Of a stretch of 64,000 nucleotides of DNA, positions 14,177-34,690 are shown one piece after another. The DNA is taken from assembly GCF_009914755.1 (NCBI RefSeq), contig NC_060947.1; one strand, given 5' to 3'. Within the stretch, counting starts at the first letter, position 1. Every line of letters starts with the position of its first letter. The position numbers were made by a program, and so were the translations under genes. The stretch comes from the human T2T-CHM13v2.0 reference genome, Homo sapiens. The notes under the pieces were generated by a model. That model searched no databases. It saw only the letters and a program-made list of their open reading frames with translations, and was not told the origin of the DNA.

Positions 14177-17100
14177 CTAGTCCCATCAACAAAACTGAAC
14201 TGAATTTATTTTAAAGAACATTTATGAACATATTCAGTAGCATGAAATTGCACAAAATGATACAGAAAGCAAAAATCACCTACAATTTCATATAATTCTC
14301 AATATTATGTGTCTATAATTCCAGTCTTGTTTCTGTACCCAGTTATACTTAGAATAAATGAACTGCCTAAACAACTTCTAATTGTGAGTAATGGCTGTAC
14401 ACTGCCAATTCTTGATTGTCCATTTGGCTAATCATTGGTGGCAAATTAAAATCCCAAACTGGTTTCCCTCTGCCACACAGCATGTATCTGTGTGGCCTTC
14501 CCCTGCCATCAATTAATATTTGCTTGAGAATAAAAATTCCTTTTCATATCAGCCTAAGGGAAACAAAATGCCAAGAAATCAGAACCAGTATTCCAGAGCA
14601 TGCTAGAAATAGGACTCAGATTACCTGGAACATTATTTCTCTCCATAAAAGCAGGGCTTTGAAAATTGGCCCTTGAAGCACCTACTATGTTTTAGGCATC
14701 TCATTTAATAAAACACTGAATCAGACACACTCTTAATGGACAGTCTAATTTACTAAAGGAGTTAAAATAGGCATATTGAGAAATTCAATATAGGTCAGGT
14801 CTATTCAATTTAACTCAACAAGTATTTATAGATTACCTACTATGTTCCATGCAATGATGGGTATGATGGCACCTCACTCCTCAAGGGGATCACCACTTGG
14901 TAAGGACAAGAAACACATAAAATCCAAATGTTGGCTGGGTTAGCCTTACTCCTCAAAGATCTTGGAATAATTGGTTTAGGCCTCTCTCATTCCATGATAT
15001 GTGAACTCCTGACTTTCCTCATGATTCTATGATAATCCCAGGGGCTTATACACTCTTTTCTCAGGTTCTTTTCTCTGCCTCCTGCATCTGCACTTCCTAT
15101 ACATATTTCATTTTAATACAGTATACATATGGACCTCAACCCTTCACTAGTTTATACAAGAAATCTATTCACAATAATACTTTCATGAGTTCTAGACTTT
15201 GTTAAAGATTTGGAGGTAAAGAGAAAGCTCAGAGCAGGAACCACGTGTCTTCATCATCTTCTTCCTCCTCTTCCCATCTCTTCTCTTAGTCTTCTCCCTC
15301 CAAGATTGCTCCCATAGTTTCAAACACATTCCCCTCTATTATGCAGAACACTTTTATCCTCCCCAATTCCTTCCTACTAGCTTGCTTACCCCAATCCATA
15401 AAGATATATAGCCAAAAAAGTTCATTTTTAAAATGAATTACTCTCCTTGCAAGGCAGCTAGGTTTATATTTAGCAAATTTATTTTTGCATTATATCTATA
15501 AATAAATATATTAATGTGGCCGACCCTGTTAATTGCCTTCCTAATACCCATTCCCCTTTTCTTTTTTGCCAAAAAGAGACTTAAATTGGTTCTGGGCATC
15601 ATTGTGGCCAGCTTCAGGTGAGATACTAACTTTCCCAGCTTCCTTCAAGTCAGGGTGGCCATGCACCCAGTTTTGACCAATGATCTTAAGTGGGAATCAC
15701 CTGGGGAAGCTTATGGAAAAGCTCTTGCTTTTCTGATAAAAGAGACAGATGCAGCTGATGCTGCTTCTTTACCCTAGGGAAAGTATTGATTGGCCCGCCT
15801 GAAATAATGTACTTATCCCCTGGTCCAATCAACTATGTTTAGGGAGTATGATCATGTTGTAATAATATAACAACTCTTGTTGCAACCATGTAGGTTGTAG
15901 GATGCACAAAAAAGATGAGAGCAGACTTTTTAGAGAGAGTTTTGGAGTAGATAATCCCATAAGTACCTGCTAGAATAAAGTTAGAAGATGAATCGTATTG
16001 GGAATGTGAAGAGATTTTGTTGGTTTTGGCTAGAATAACCAAGAATGCTCAGATTCTGCCTTACTCTTAATTCTCAATTGTTCCCTGAGAACAGAACAAT
16101 TAAAAAACTGGGAACAGAGCATCATGTTATTATTAGTTGGACCAGGGCCCAATATGTCTAATACAGAGTTCTGGGAAACCTGATTTGAAGTACTTGGCTA
16201 GAGTTCTAAGAGAGTCTAGTATTTCCCTAACTAAGGATGAATAAAAATATTACCTTTCTATCAGCTGCATATAGCTAAAAAGAAAGAACTTTGATGATCC
16301 CAGCAAAATGGAAGGAGGAGCAGCTGAGACCAAGGCTTTGCCCAGCTGCCTGGTCTGTAGTCTAGTGTTCCCATTCTTTGGCCTACAAGTAAATGTGATC
16401 CAGGCATGTCTCACATTCTGATCTGTTGGTTTGATGTTCCCTTCCGTTTAGAAAGAGGGAAGAAAATAGTAGGAAAACATGTGGAAACCATCTGCTAGAG
16501 TTATTTCTGATGTGAAAAGAGCCATCGGGACTCCTCTCCCCTTAGATTATTCTGCATTTTTTCTCTCACCTCTTTGGGCTTAATAGTCAAGATGATGGTC
16601 AGCCATAACCATCCCCCTTGTGAGGGAAGACCCATGAGTTCTACCCCTCCTTTTCTAACACCATCTCCCTGACACTCATCAATTATTTTGTTTATCCTCC
16701 TAGGACCAAAGCTGCACAACAGTTCAAACATTTACTTGCTATTTTATTTCACACACGAAATTATGCATAGCTACAATTTTCCAACCTGGTTCAATGAGTA
16801 CTGCATGGTAGCATAGTCCAAATAATGCAACATCAGAACAGCAATATCAGAATGTCTACATTTGAACAATATGAAACCACTCTAAGTATTAAGTTTCAGG
16901 AAAGTTAAAATTTCATGCTGAAATCTATGTACTATGTAGAAATTGAATTCCCAAAGAAATTAAAGCCAAAAATAACTTTCTCCCCAATTTATTATTTTGC
17001 TGTATCTCAGCCAGAGGAGGTTTCACCAGATTCCTAGGTGGAGTCTGTTTTCCTTCAGCAGCTGCATGCTTGGCTATATTTCACTAGGGTTGTAACTCCT

Positions 17101-17374
17101 CCAGCACTTCTGAAGCTGCAGTGATACAAATTCAAGTCTCCCTTGGATACCACTTTTCTCAAGTTTCAGTTCCACACTCATAAAATGTAGGATCAAATGC
17201 TTACGACAATCTTAAGCAAAAATAACATTATCATATTGCTGTTACCAAGCCTATTGTTCAGATAACAAGGATAGAGGGTGAAACAGAAAAAAATTGGGGT
17301 TTTAACTTCATCTGTATGCCTGTCAATTTGTGCTAACTGTGTAGTGTCTATAACCCATTAAATAAAATTCAACT

Positions 17375-17402
17375 GAGAATTCTACCACTGAACCACCAAT
17401 GC
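17375..17402 (-). pseudogene. Retrocopy of the 5' 28 nt of tRNA-Gly (GCC/CCC type)
   Basis: Reverse complement is GCATTGGTGGTTCAGTGGTAGAATTCTC, nt 1-28 of cytosolic tRNA-Gly starting at the mature 5' end. Not a complete tRNA gene. Confidence 0.93.
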
Positions 17403-17408
17403 CAGTAT

Positions 17409-24443
<7,035 letters not shown>

Positions 24444-24537
24444 AAATAAAATTCAACTGAAAGAAATTGCCTGTGGAGAGAGCAGTTGAGCTGTCATATT
24501 TATTTTCTAAAAGCTTCATGAAATTCCAAATCCATGG

Positions 24538-24779
24538 TTTTTTTGTTGGTTTGTTTTTTGCTTTTTTTTTTTTTTTTTTTTTTGAGTCACGGTCTCGCTC
24601 TGTCAACCAAGCTGTAGTGCAGTAGCACAATTACAGCTCACAGCAGCCTCCACCTCCTAGGCACAAGCCATCCTCCCACCACAGCCTCCCAAGTAGCTGG
24701 GACCACAGGTGATCACCATGTCTGGCTAGTTTTTTTAAATATTTGGTAGAGACTAGGTCTCAGTATGGTGCCCAGGCTG
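24538..24779 (-). mobile_element. AluJ-like partial SINE
   Basis: T-tail; acagctcacagcagcctc and gccatcctcccacc AluJ-type motifs. Confidence 0.85.
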
Positions 24780-25845
24780 CAAATCTTTACTAGTTCTGTG
24801 CTGCTACTATTGGCACTTATCAAACATCCATAATCGTATTGCTTTCCTTCAGATTTTGAATTCTCCAGACTTTGGTTATCTAAATGGTAATATAAACATT
24901 TCTCCTACCATTTAAATTCCTGCCACAACAAGATGTGATCTGTCTGGAGAAATATACCACTCCTCAGCTCCGAGTGAGAGAGTGGGATTAGGGAAAGCAA
25001 GATGCCATCCCTCCAACCAATGCCCCAAAATATGCAAACCAAAATCATTTTTTATCCATAGAGTCCATAAGGAGAATTTTGCTTTCTCCATGTGGAACTC
25101 TGCCTTGTAATCTAGCTTAAGTGCAGCTCTCCTCTTCAGTCTACATCCCCCAGGGATCTCTTACTTCAGGAGAGAATCTCTTCCCCTCTAAATACCAGCT
25201 GCAACTCTGATTACTAAACATAGGATGCTGCACAAAATATTTTCTGTGTAAAGCTATGGGAAAATGTGATTAAAAAGTGGCTCACTTGAAGCCTTAATGA
25301 GGTTCCCTAATGGCATTCCTGTCCCCAAGCTCAAATCCAAATGTTACGGTCCTCTGACCCAGCCACATAACACATAAATCTGAATTGATGCCAGTCTGCT
25401 TAGGTACAGAGAGAGAGAGCATTGCTGAAACTGCCTCAAGGTAGGCCCTGGCCCTCTTACAGTATCCACCCACAGGGACAGAGGAGGAATAGGAATGGAA
25501 GGACCACGAATGGGCATGAGACCTATTTGCAAATATCAACCCCACCCTTTATTAAATCTGACCTAATCAGTGTCATGCCATCTGACCTATAATAGAAATA
25601 TTTCCCTTTGGGGAGGAAGGAATGAAGGGCAGAGTAGAAATATAGGTACCTTCCAGATACAGGAAAAGGGCCATTACAAATATAAATTATTCAGGCAAAA
25701 TGGTTGTGGAAAGAACTACTGTTTTTCAGGCAAAGGGAAAAGAATAAGCAAAGATGCAGAAGAGCTAAGCAGTTTAATATGGGAGAGCAGAATGTTTGTA
25801 CAGCTATTCAATTCAAACTAGCTTGAGCAACGAAAGGAATTTAGC

Positions 25846-26259
<414 letters not shown>

Positions 26260-26589
26260 TCACTGCTGCATCTCTCTGTGTTTCTGCCTCATCTTTTATA
26301 GCAGACCAGCATTTTCTTTTTCCCCAGACCATATGGTAGAAAAGTTGCTGCTGCCAACAGCTATGAAGTTTATACTGCTCAGCATAAGAAAGCAACCAGA
26401 CCACGATGAAATATCTTAATCTAGATTCCAGACTCCCAAGGAAGGACTATAATAGTTCCAGATTGGTTAACTGTGGCCAACGGGTCACATAACATTAAAA
26501 ACTTCTACAGTAACATTAGGATGGAAGTGATGGAAAGAGAAGCTCCAAGAAGGGTGATGCTCAGCACAGAATTGCAAGTAGTATTAGAT

Positions 26590-28870
26590 TCCTGAGCATG
26601 AAGTAGAATGTAGAGAATGGTAGGGGATATGGCTGGAAAAGAGACAGATTATGAAAAGTAATGTGGAGCTTGAAGTGTAATCAATAAGGAATGGGGAATA
26701 GATCTGAAACGTTTTTAGCAGGGAGAGAATTTGGTAAGGTTTGCATTTTTAGATAACTTATTCAAGAGGCAGTGCAGAAGATGGTTTGGAAGAGAGGTAA
26801 GAATGAAGGTAAGGAGCCTGATTAGGAAGTTGCTGAAATACTCCTGAAAAAAATTAGGAGGAAATAAATAAATTAAGGCAAAATTGGTGGTGGTGCAGGT
26901 GTAAAAGAATGATGAATGAATATGAGAGATATTTAGGAGATAGAATCAGCAAGGCTTATTAACTTAGTTAGATGTAGGAGGTTAGAAGAGAGAGTCTGAG
27001 GTGACCTTTATGTTTTTGGTTTGGGAGACAAGGTAAAATACACCTACCCAGAGAGGGACAATAGGACCGTTGGGGGCCTACCAAACTTAGAAGTGCATCC
27101 ACTCTTGGGATTAGATCATACTTTGCTTTGTTTGGTCTCAGTGAGACAGAAATTTCAGCACACCAAGAGACAGAGATCAGGCAAAGGGTTTCATGTGTCC
27201 TTTATTCGCTATTGAATATAATGCCAAATGAGGTCCAGATCAACCTTCTGTTTGAAGTGGGCATCTTCAGTTGTCTGAATTGTCTTGATTCCAGAAGATG
27301 ACATTCGTCATGCGGGAATTGAAGGCATACTACAAAGGAGATTTTCCTAAAGCAGAGATCTGAGCACCTGGAAGAGCTGAAGAACTACCAAATGGCTATT
27401 CCAAGAGGCAGATAAAGTGGTTTTTATCCCTCTCTGCCTCCTTTTTCTTTACTTTCAATAGGAAGAAATCTGAGTGAAGTGCAGTTATAATTTCCTTTTG
27501 TCCTATTTCAGACACAAAAAGATATATACCTCCCTAATCTATGTATATATATTGATATCTATCTATATCTGTCTAGCCAGCTATCTAGCTAGCTAGCTAG
27601 CTAGCTGCTATAATCTAGTAGAATTCCCAGAGGGCTTTTAAGAAGAGGATATACAAATTCATCCATTCATTTATTCAACAAAGATTTATTGAGAGCCTAC
27701 TATGTGGCAGGTACTATTCTAAGCATTAGAGATACAGCAGTGAACAAAGTAGGCAAGAATCCCTGTCTTCATGAAGTTTCAATTCTAGTGATTCAACTTA
27801 TTCTTCCTTGGTGCATATATGCAGCTTATTTTTCAGGAAAAGTACAGAAGTCTTGGCTTGAGTCACATAAAATGATCATAATGCAGTCATTTCATCTGTT
27901 TCTGTGAGAAGGTGAAATCATTATGTGACAATACCAGGGTCTCCCTTTGGGGATTTTTTTTTTTTTGAGACAGAGTCTTGCTCTGTAGCCCGGGCTGGAG
28001 TGCAGTAGTGCCATCCTGGGTCACTGCAACCTCTGCCTCCTGGGTTCAAGTGATTCTCAGGCCTCAGCCTCCTGAATAGTTGGGACCACAGACGTGAGCC
28101 ACTATGCCTGGCTAATTTTTGTATTTTTAGTAGAGACAGGGTTTCACCATGTTGGCCAGGCTGGTCTCAAACTCCTGATCCACCTGCCTTGGCCTCCCAA
28201 AGTGCTGAGATTACAGGCATGAGCCACTGTGCCGGGCCTCTCTTTGGGGAAATTTTTTTGGGGAATCTACCCCAACAAAGACAAATAACCCATTAGCATG
28301 GGAAAATACATTCAAGCATGGACAGGTTGAATTTGAACTGCTTGGGTGGCATCCAAGTCAGGATGTTGAGTGGACAGTTGGACCTATTTATCTAGATCTC
28401 AGGACGGTGGTCTGAGCTAGTAATATATATTTTAAAGTCATCCATGTGCAGGTAATAGAGCATGGAGAGTAGAACAAAAGAAATAGGCCAAGAGTGGAAC
28501 TATGGGAGGGGGAAAACTAACGTTTTAGGGGTAGGTTGAAGGAGAAGTGTCCATGAAAGTTACATAAATAAAAAATATAAAGAGGAAGGAAAAGAACAGA
28601 GAATGTATGTCTGGAATCAAGTGGAGCAGAAACTTTCAAGCAGACCCAAATGATCAATACTATCATATGTAGCAGTGAGGTCCAATAACAAACATACTGA
28701 AAAGTGTCCATTGCATAGGGAAATTTGTCAGTAACTGGTGTTCTTAACAAAATAGGTTTTAGTGGAGAGGTAGAGGTTAAATCCCTATTACAGTGGTTGG
28801 AGGGTGAATGGGAAGTGAAGAAATAGAGGCAGTGAATGTAAGATAACCACTTTTGAGACCTCTGGGTGAG
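26590..28870 (-). mobile_element. Scattered L2 fragments (~26590-27060, 27660-27790, 28290-28870)
   Basis: cattcatttattcaacaaagatttattgagagcctactatgtggcagg (L2 3' end, reverse) and purine-rich L2 body remnants. Confidence 0.65.
27954..28238 (-). mobile_element. AluS-type SINE
   Basis: T-tail to ...gtgccgggcc; flanking repeat ctttgggga. Confidence 0.92.
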
Positions 28871-29346
28871 AAGGAAACATGATAGGGTAACAGGAGACAC
28901 TTCTAGGAAACTGAAGGAGGCTCCAGGATCACAGGAGAGTATGTCTTTTAAGAATGGAAGAGTCTTGAGTATGTTTACAGGCTGAGGAGAATAATATAGT
29001 TGAGACGGACAGTTGTAAGGTACGTGAGATAGAAAGAAAAAGTGGGTAAGACCTCTGAGGTGCTAGATGAGACAAAGATCAGGAGCTCTAATAGGAGATT
29101 TAGTCTATGTGAGACTGGAGGAATAAGGGTATAATATGGGAGCAGATGCAGATTGTAGGTGAGAAAAATTCCTGTAACCTGCAATTTTTTTAAGGAACAT
29201 AAGGTAATAAAGTCACCAGTTGGGTGGCAGATTTGCTGTGTGAAGGATGAGGTCATCTGCCATAGTGGAGAATGGTTAAAGTTTGGAGAAATAGCTGAGG
29301 GGAACTGGAGAAGGACTGACCAAAAAAAAAAAGGATTGCCAAGTAG

Positions 29347-30051
<705 letters not shown>

Positions 30052-30068
30052 TAATAGTACCTTGCCTT

Positions 30069-30535
30069 TGACAAAGACTCTCTGCTTGACCAAATTTGAG
30101 TCAGGTCCTTGTGAGCCTTCTTCTCAACTAAGCTTGGCTTGCTTAGTTCAGTTTTAGCAAGAATCCTGCTGAGTCAGTTTAGTGGAAGTCCCCTACCCTT
30201 GGTATCTGATCATTCTGGATATCTGATTAGATATCTCATCTCCCACCCCTGATATCTTATTACCCTGGTCTGCCTTTAGCAAGATTTCCATCATGTTGGT
30301 TTAGCAAGAATTCCCCTAGACTTAATGTTTCCTCTTAGTAATTTTCCAATAATTGATGCCTCCACTGTGCTCCTTGTTTATAAATTCCCACTTATAAATG
30401 TTACTCCCTCCCTTGTTGGACTCAGAGTTGAGCCTCATCTCTCTCCCCTACTGTAAAACTCCATAATAATAATCCTCCTTAAATTAAATCTTTCTTACCA
30501 TCTTTAACAAGTATCATGAAAAATTTTCTTTAACA
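30069..30535 (+). mobile_element. ERV1 solo LTR (MER31-like)
   Basis: Starts TGacaaagactctct..cttgaccaaa and ends ttttctttaaCA; internal ttagcaagaatcc repeats. Confidence 0.65.
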
Positions 30536-32139
30536 CCGTATTTAGCCATGAGATATAGACCTTTTCCAAACTTTGGCATGGCATACAAGGCATTTCATAA
30601 TCTTTTGCTCAACCTACTTCTCTATATTCAACTCCATTACAACTTTACACTTCCCAGCCCATAAATACAGATAAAATATGCATAAGTCACACTTTTCTAC
30701 TTTTGCTGAACACATCATGCACTTTCAAATTTTCTGGGCTTTTGAATATACTTTTTCCTTTGCATGGGATATTTTTATCCCCTTTTGGCAAATTCCCACT
30801 CATCTGTTGACATCTTCTTCTATGACTTTATTTATTCAAGGAAGACCTACTCTTGATTTACTAGGTGCATCTACTGTGCCAGCACAGAGTTCTGTTTTTG
30901 AAGAACTCACTGATTTGTAATTGTAAAGGTAAATGAAGGTGAATAAGGAAAAAAAAAAGAAATGAAAAGAAGGTGAATAAAGAGAAATATATTATTTTCT
31001 CCTCCTTAGCTTCTTAATGTATCTCCTTGGGGGACAGAGTGAACCTTTATCCTTTCTCTAACTTTTGGAATGTAGATAAATCTCTCCAGAGACTACAGAG
31101 TCTCAGTCTCCAGTTTTATAATGCACACATATTTCCAAGGTCAAGGTCACATTTCTCTTTGAAATGTAAAGACATGTCTTCAAAGTTAATGTAGGAGCCC
31201 ATCTCAAGGTGTAACCATTTGTCTTTCAGGAAGACTAGAGGTATCTTTAGGGAGGTAAGAAAAGTTTTATTATTCTGTTGGAAGAATTCAATTAACTAAA
31301 CAAATAGCTGCCTCAATTCTCAAGTGGACTGTTGCAATATATAAGTTGTATAGAATTTTATTTTGAATTTGCAGTCTCTTGAAGGCTACTTATATGCATG
31401 TACTCTGTTGTGCTTACTCAATAATAAATCAGCTTTCTTTTTTTTCCATATTGATATAGAGAGGTCTGTTTGTTGTAGGAGTTTTTACCTTTCTATCGTA
31501 GTAAAGGCAGATGCACTGATGTGGGCAAAGGAGCTCAGATTTTATCTTGAAACCCCAGGAAAGATATTGAAGGAGTTTAAGTACAGCAGTGGCACAGTTC
31601 TTTATATAGAAAGGAACACAGAAGAATTAAAGATGACTAGCAGCATTTTATATATGTATTTCTCTATACACTGATAAAAAAATGTGTGATAGAATGTGAT
31701 TAGTTCAATAAGTGAACAGAGAATATAGGTTTTATGTGGTAAAATACAGGTTTTAGAAGATATAAGCAAATTTTGTAAAAAGTCTGTCCCTGTGAGTTAC
31801 TGATGGTCATTAGAAAAGGCTGAACACTAGGGAATTGTTTTCCTTAGAACCTGAAAGGCATGTCTGTTCCATACGGAAGGAAAGGTATGAGCTGTGTGAG
31901 AACTCTATCCAAGCTCATTTCCACATTCATAATTGTAATATATATTCCCTATGTTATGGTCTTCCACATTGGTTCCAGCTTGTTGATGATCTCCAATCTG
32001 ATACTTCTACTTAATTAGTTCTAGAGTGATTCACTCTTTTTCGCCTTTCCAATTGTTCTTCTCTTTCTTCAGTACTTTTTGGCTGGTCTGTATAAAGTTT
32101 CATTTTAGTTTGACAGTCCATTTGAGCTCTCCTCTAATG

Positions 32140-32600
<461 letters not shown>

Positions 32601-33184
32601 TAAACATCCAGCAGGGCACATTTTGTAAATATGTTTATACATTGTATTAAGTTTAATACAGAACCTCTAAACCTAATTTCAAAAAGATCAAGTAAATAAG
32701 CCCCTAGAATATCACACAAGTTTGTACGTAGCCATTGCCTACATGTCAATTCTCAGTGTCAATATTTTAAAATTAAAAAGTGTAGTTTTAGAAGAATCAC
32801 TGGATATTTACATGTTAATTAACTGGAGGGTTTATGCAGATTTCTTACCCAGGTGAACCTTTGGGAAATATGTCTAAGCACTTTATAGATCTAGATGTGT
32901 CTCAGAAAAGGTAAAAACTGGTCTGTGGCTGGGTGCCTAAGGGGGTGTGGAAGGAGCTAGGGCTAGAAAAATAGAGGCAAGATCTTAGAGGACTTTGAAT
33001 GTTAAGCTAGGGAATCTGTATTTTCTCCTTTATTATAGATAATGAATCTATTGAAAAATAACTCCAATTTTTACTAAGCGCTTACTCTGAGCCACAGTAA
33101 GTTATGTATGTTAAGTGCTTTACATTCACTTTTCCATTTAATCCTCATAACTACTCTATAGGTATTATAATTATCCCCATTTTA

Positions 33185-33528
<344 letters not shown>

Positions 33529-34171
33529 TTCCTAGTTCAAGGAAACAGAGCTACTTGGTGGTGGAGCAGAAATTCAAACTTGGCTGTAATTTCAAAGCCC
33601 ATTCTCTAAGCCAGAAGGAAGTGAGATTAGATTTTCATTTGATCACTGGTAGAAGTATGAGAACAAATTGCAGAAAGACAAGTCTAAAGGCAAAGAAACC
33701 AGAGAGTATGCTGTTGCAGTAGTCAAGAATTGTTAGGCCCTATTAAGGGAGGTGACCCTTAACCACCTGAGTTATGCAGACGAGTGACATAGTCAGAGAA
33801 GTTATTTAGAAAATTACCCTGGCAGCCCTTGTGAAGGATGAATTGGAGGAGCCAAGACAAATACGTAGGCAAATAAAATAAAAACAAATAAAAGACAAAT
33901 AAAAGGCAGTGAGACAAGTAGTGAGGTTGTTGGGACTGTCACTCTTAACCGCAGAGGTGCCTGTCGAGGGGCTGGGAGACGGTCGTATCCCAAGTCCTCG
34001 GGCCTATCGAATTGCAGAGCATCCTGGACCTCTCCTCACCCACGCTTACCTTCACGTCGCTCCTTCTAGGCCTTAGGAAGTGGGGTTTTGAGCACTTTCT
34101 AGGTCGTAGGCCTGCTGGTCTGAGCTCCGACAGCGGCGCCAGCGGTGGCAGCAGTCGCCGACAGGGGTGGG

Positions 34172-34182
34172 GCGCATGCGCA
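34172..34182. promoter_or_regulatory. NRF1 binding motif
   Basis: GCGCATGCGCA matches the NRF1 palindromic consensus; a GGGGTGGGG (SP/KLF) box is immediately upstream. Confidence 0.8.
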
Positions 34183-34184
34183 CA

Positions 34185-34197
34185 GTTGCTAGGCAAC
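34185..34197. promoter_or_regulatory. RFX X-box motif
   Basis: GTTGCTAGGCAAC, near-palindromic RFX consensus, 2 bp from the NRF1 site. Confidence 0.8.
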
Positions 34198-34199
34198 GG

Positions 34200-34690
34200 C
34201 GGCCGGGCGCCGCGGCGATAACCGCGCCGGGGCTGTGTGTGTAGGCAGAGGCGCCAGAGGAGGAGGAGCAGGAGGATGCAGCTGCGACCGCGGCCCCAAG
34301 AGGGAGCCGCCGCTGCTCTGTGGCCAGGGGGGCCCAGGGACTGGAATCAGGCCTGGGGGTCGCATCGCTGAGGGGACTGGTAACGGCGGTCCCTCCAGAG
34401 GCTCAGGCCTAGTACCCCAGGAGGGTCCGGGCCGCTGGGCGAGCGCCTTCCCCCCATCGCCTCCCCTCGTCCCTCCACGTCGATGGTGGTGAAGTTGGCG
34501 GCGCCACGGAGCGCAAGGCACCAAGCTGTCTCCCTTGCACCCAGCTCCTCTCTGGCCCCGGCTGTTGGACACCTGCGCCGCCGCCTTCTCTCGCCCGCCG
34601 AGCCCACCCCCTGCGGCGGGCGGGGGAGGGGCTCCCCCCTGCAGGGGCTGCGTCGAGCAGGGCGACGACGGGGACCATAGGAGAGTAGGG
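34200..34690 (+). other. Probable non-coding first exon (5'UTR) of an unidentified gene; start approximate
   Basis: Lies just downstream of the promoter motifs; ends at a strong donor GGG|GTGAGT (34691-34696); both ATG-initiated frames stop before the donor; downstream L1s are antisense, as expected in an intron. Confidence 0.6.

Noticed and set aside
17375-17402. Functional tRNA-Gly gene
   Set aside because: Only nt 1-28 are present; no anticodon loop, T-arm/B-box or terminator.
27060-27480. Unassigned sequence between L2 fragments as a possible exon or processed pseudogene
   Set aside because: No recognisable protein, poly(A)/TSD or convincing splice pair; cannot be classified without a search.
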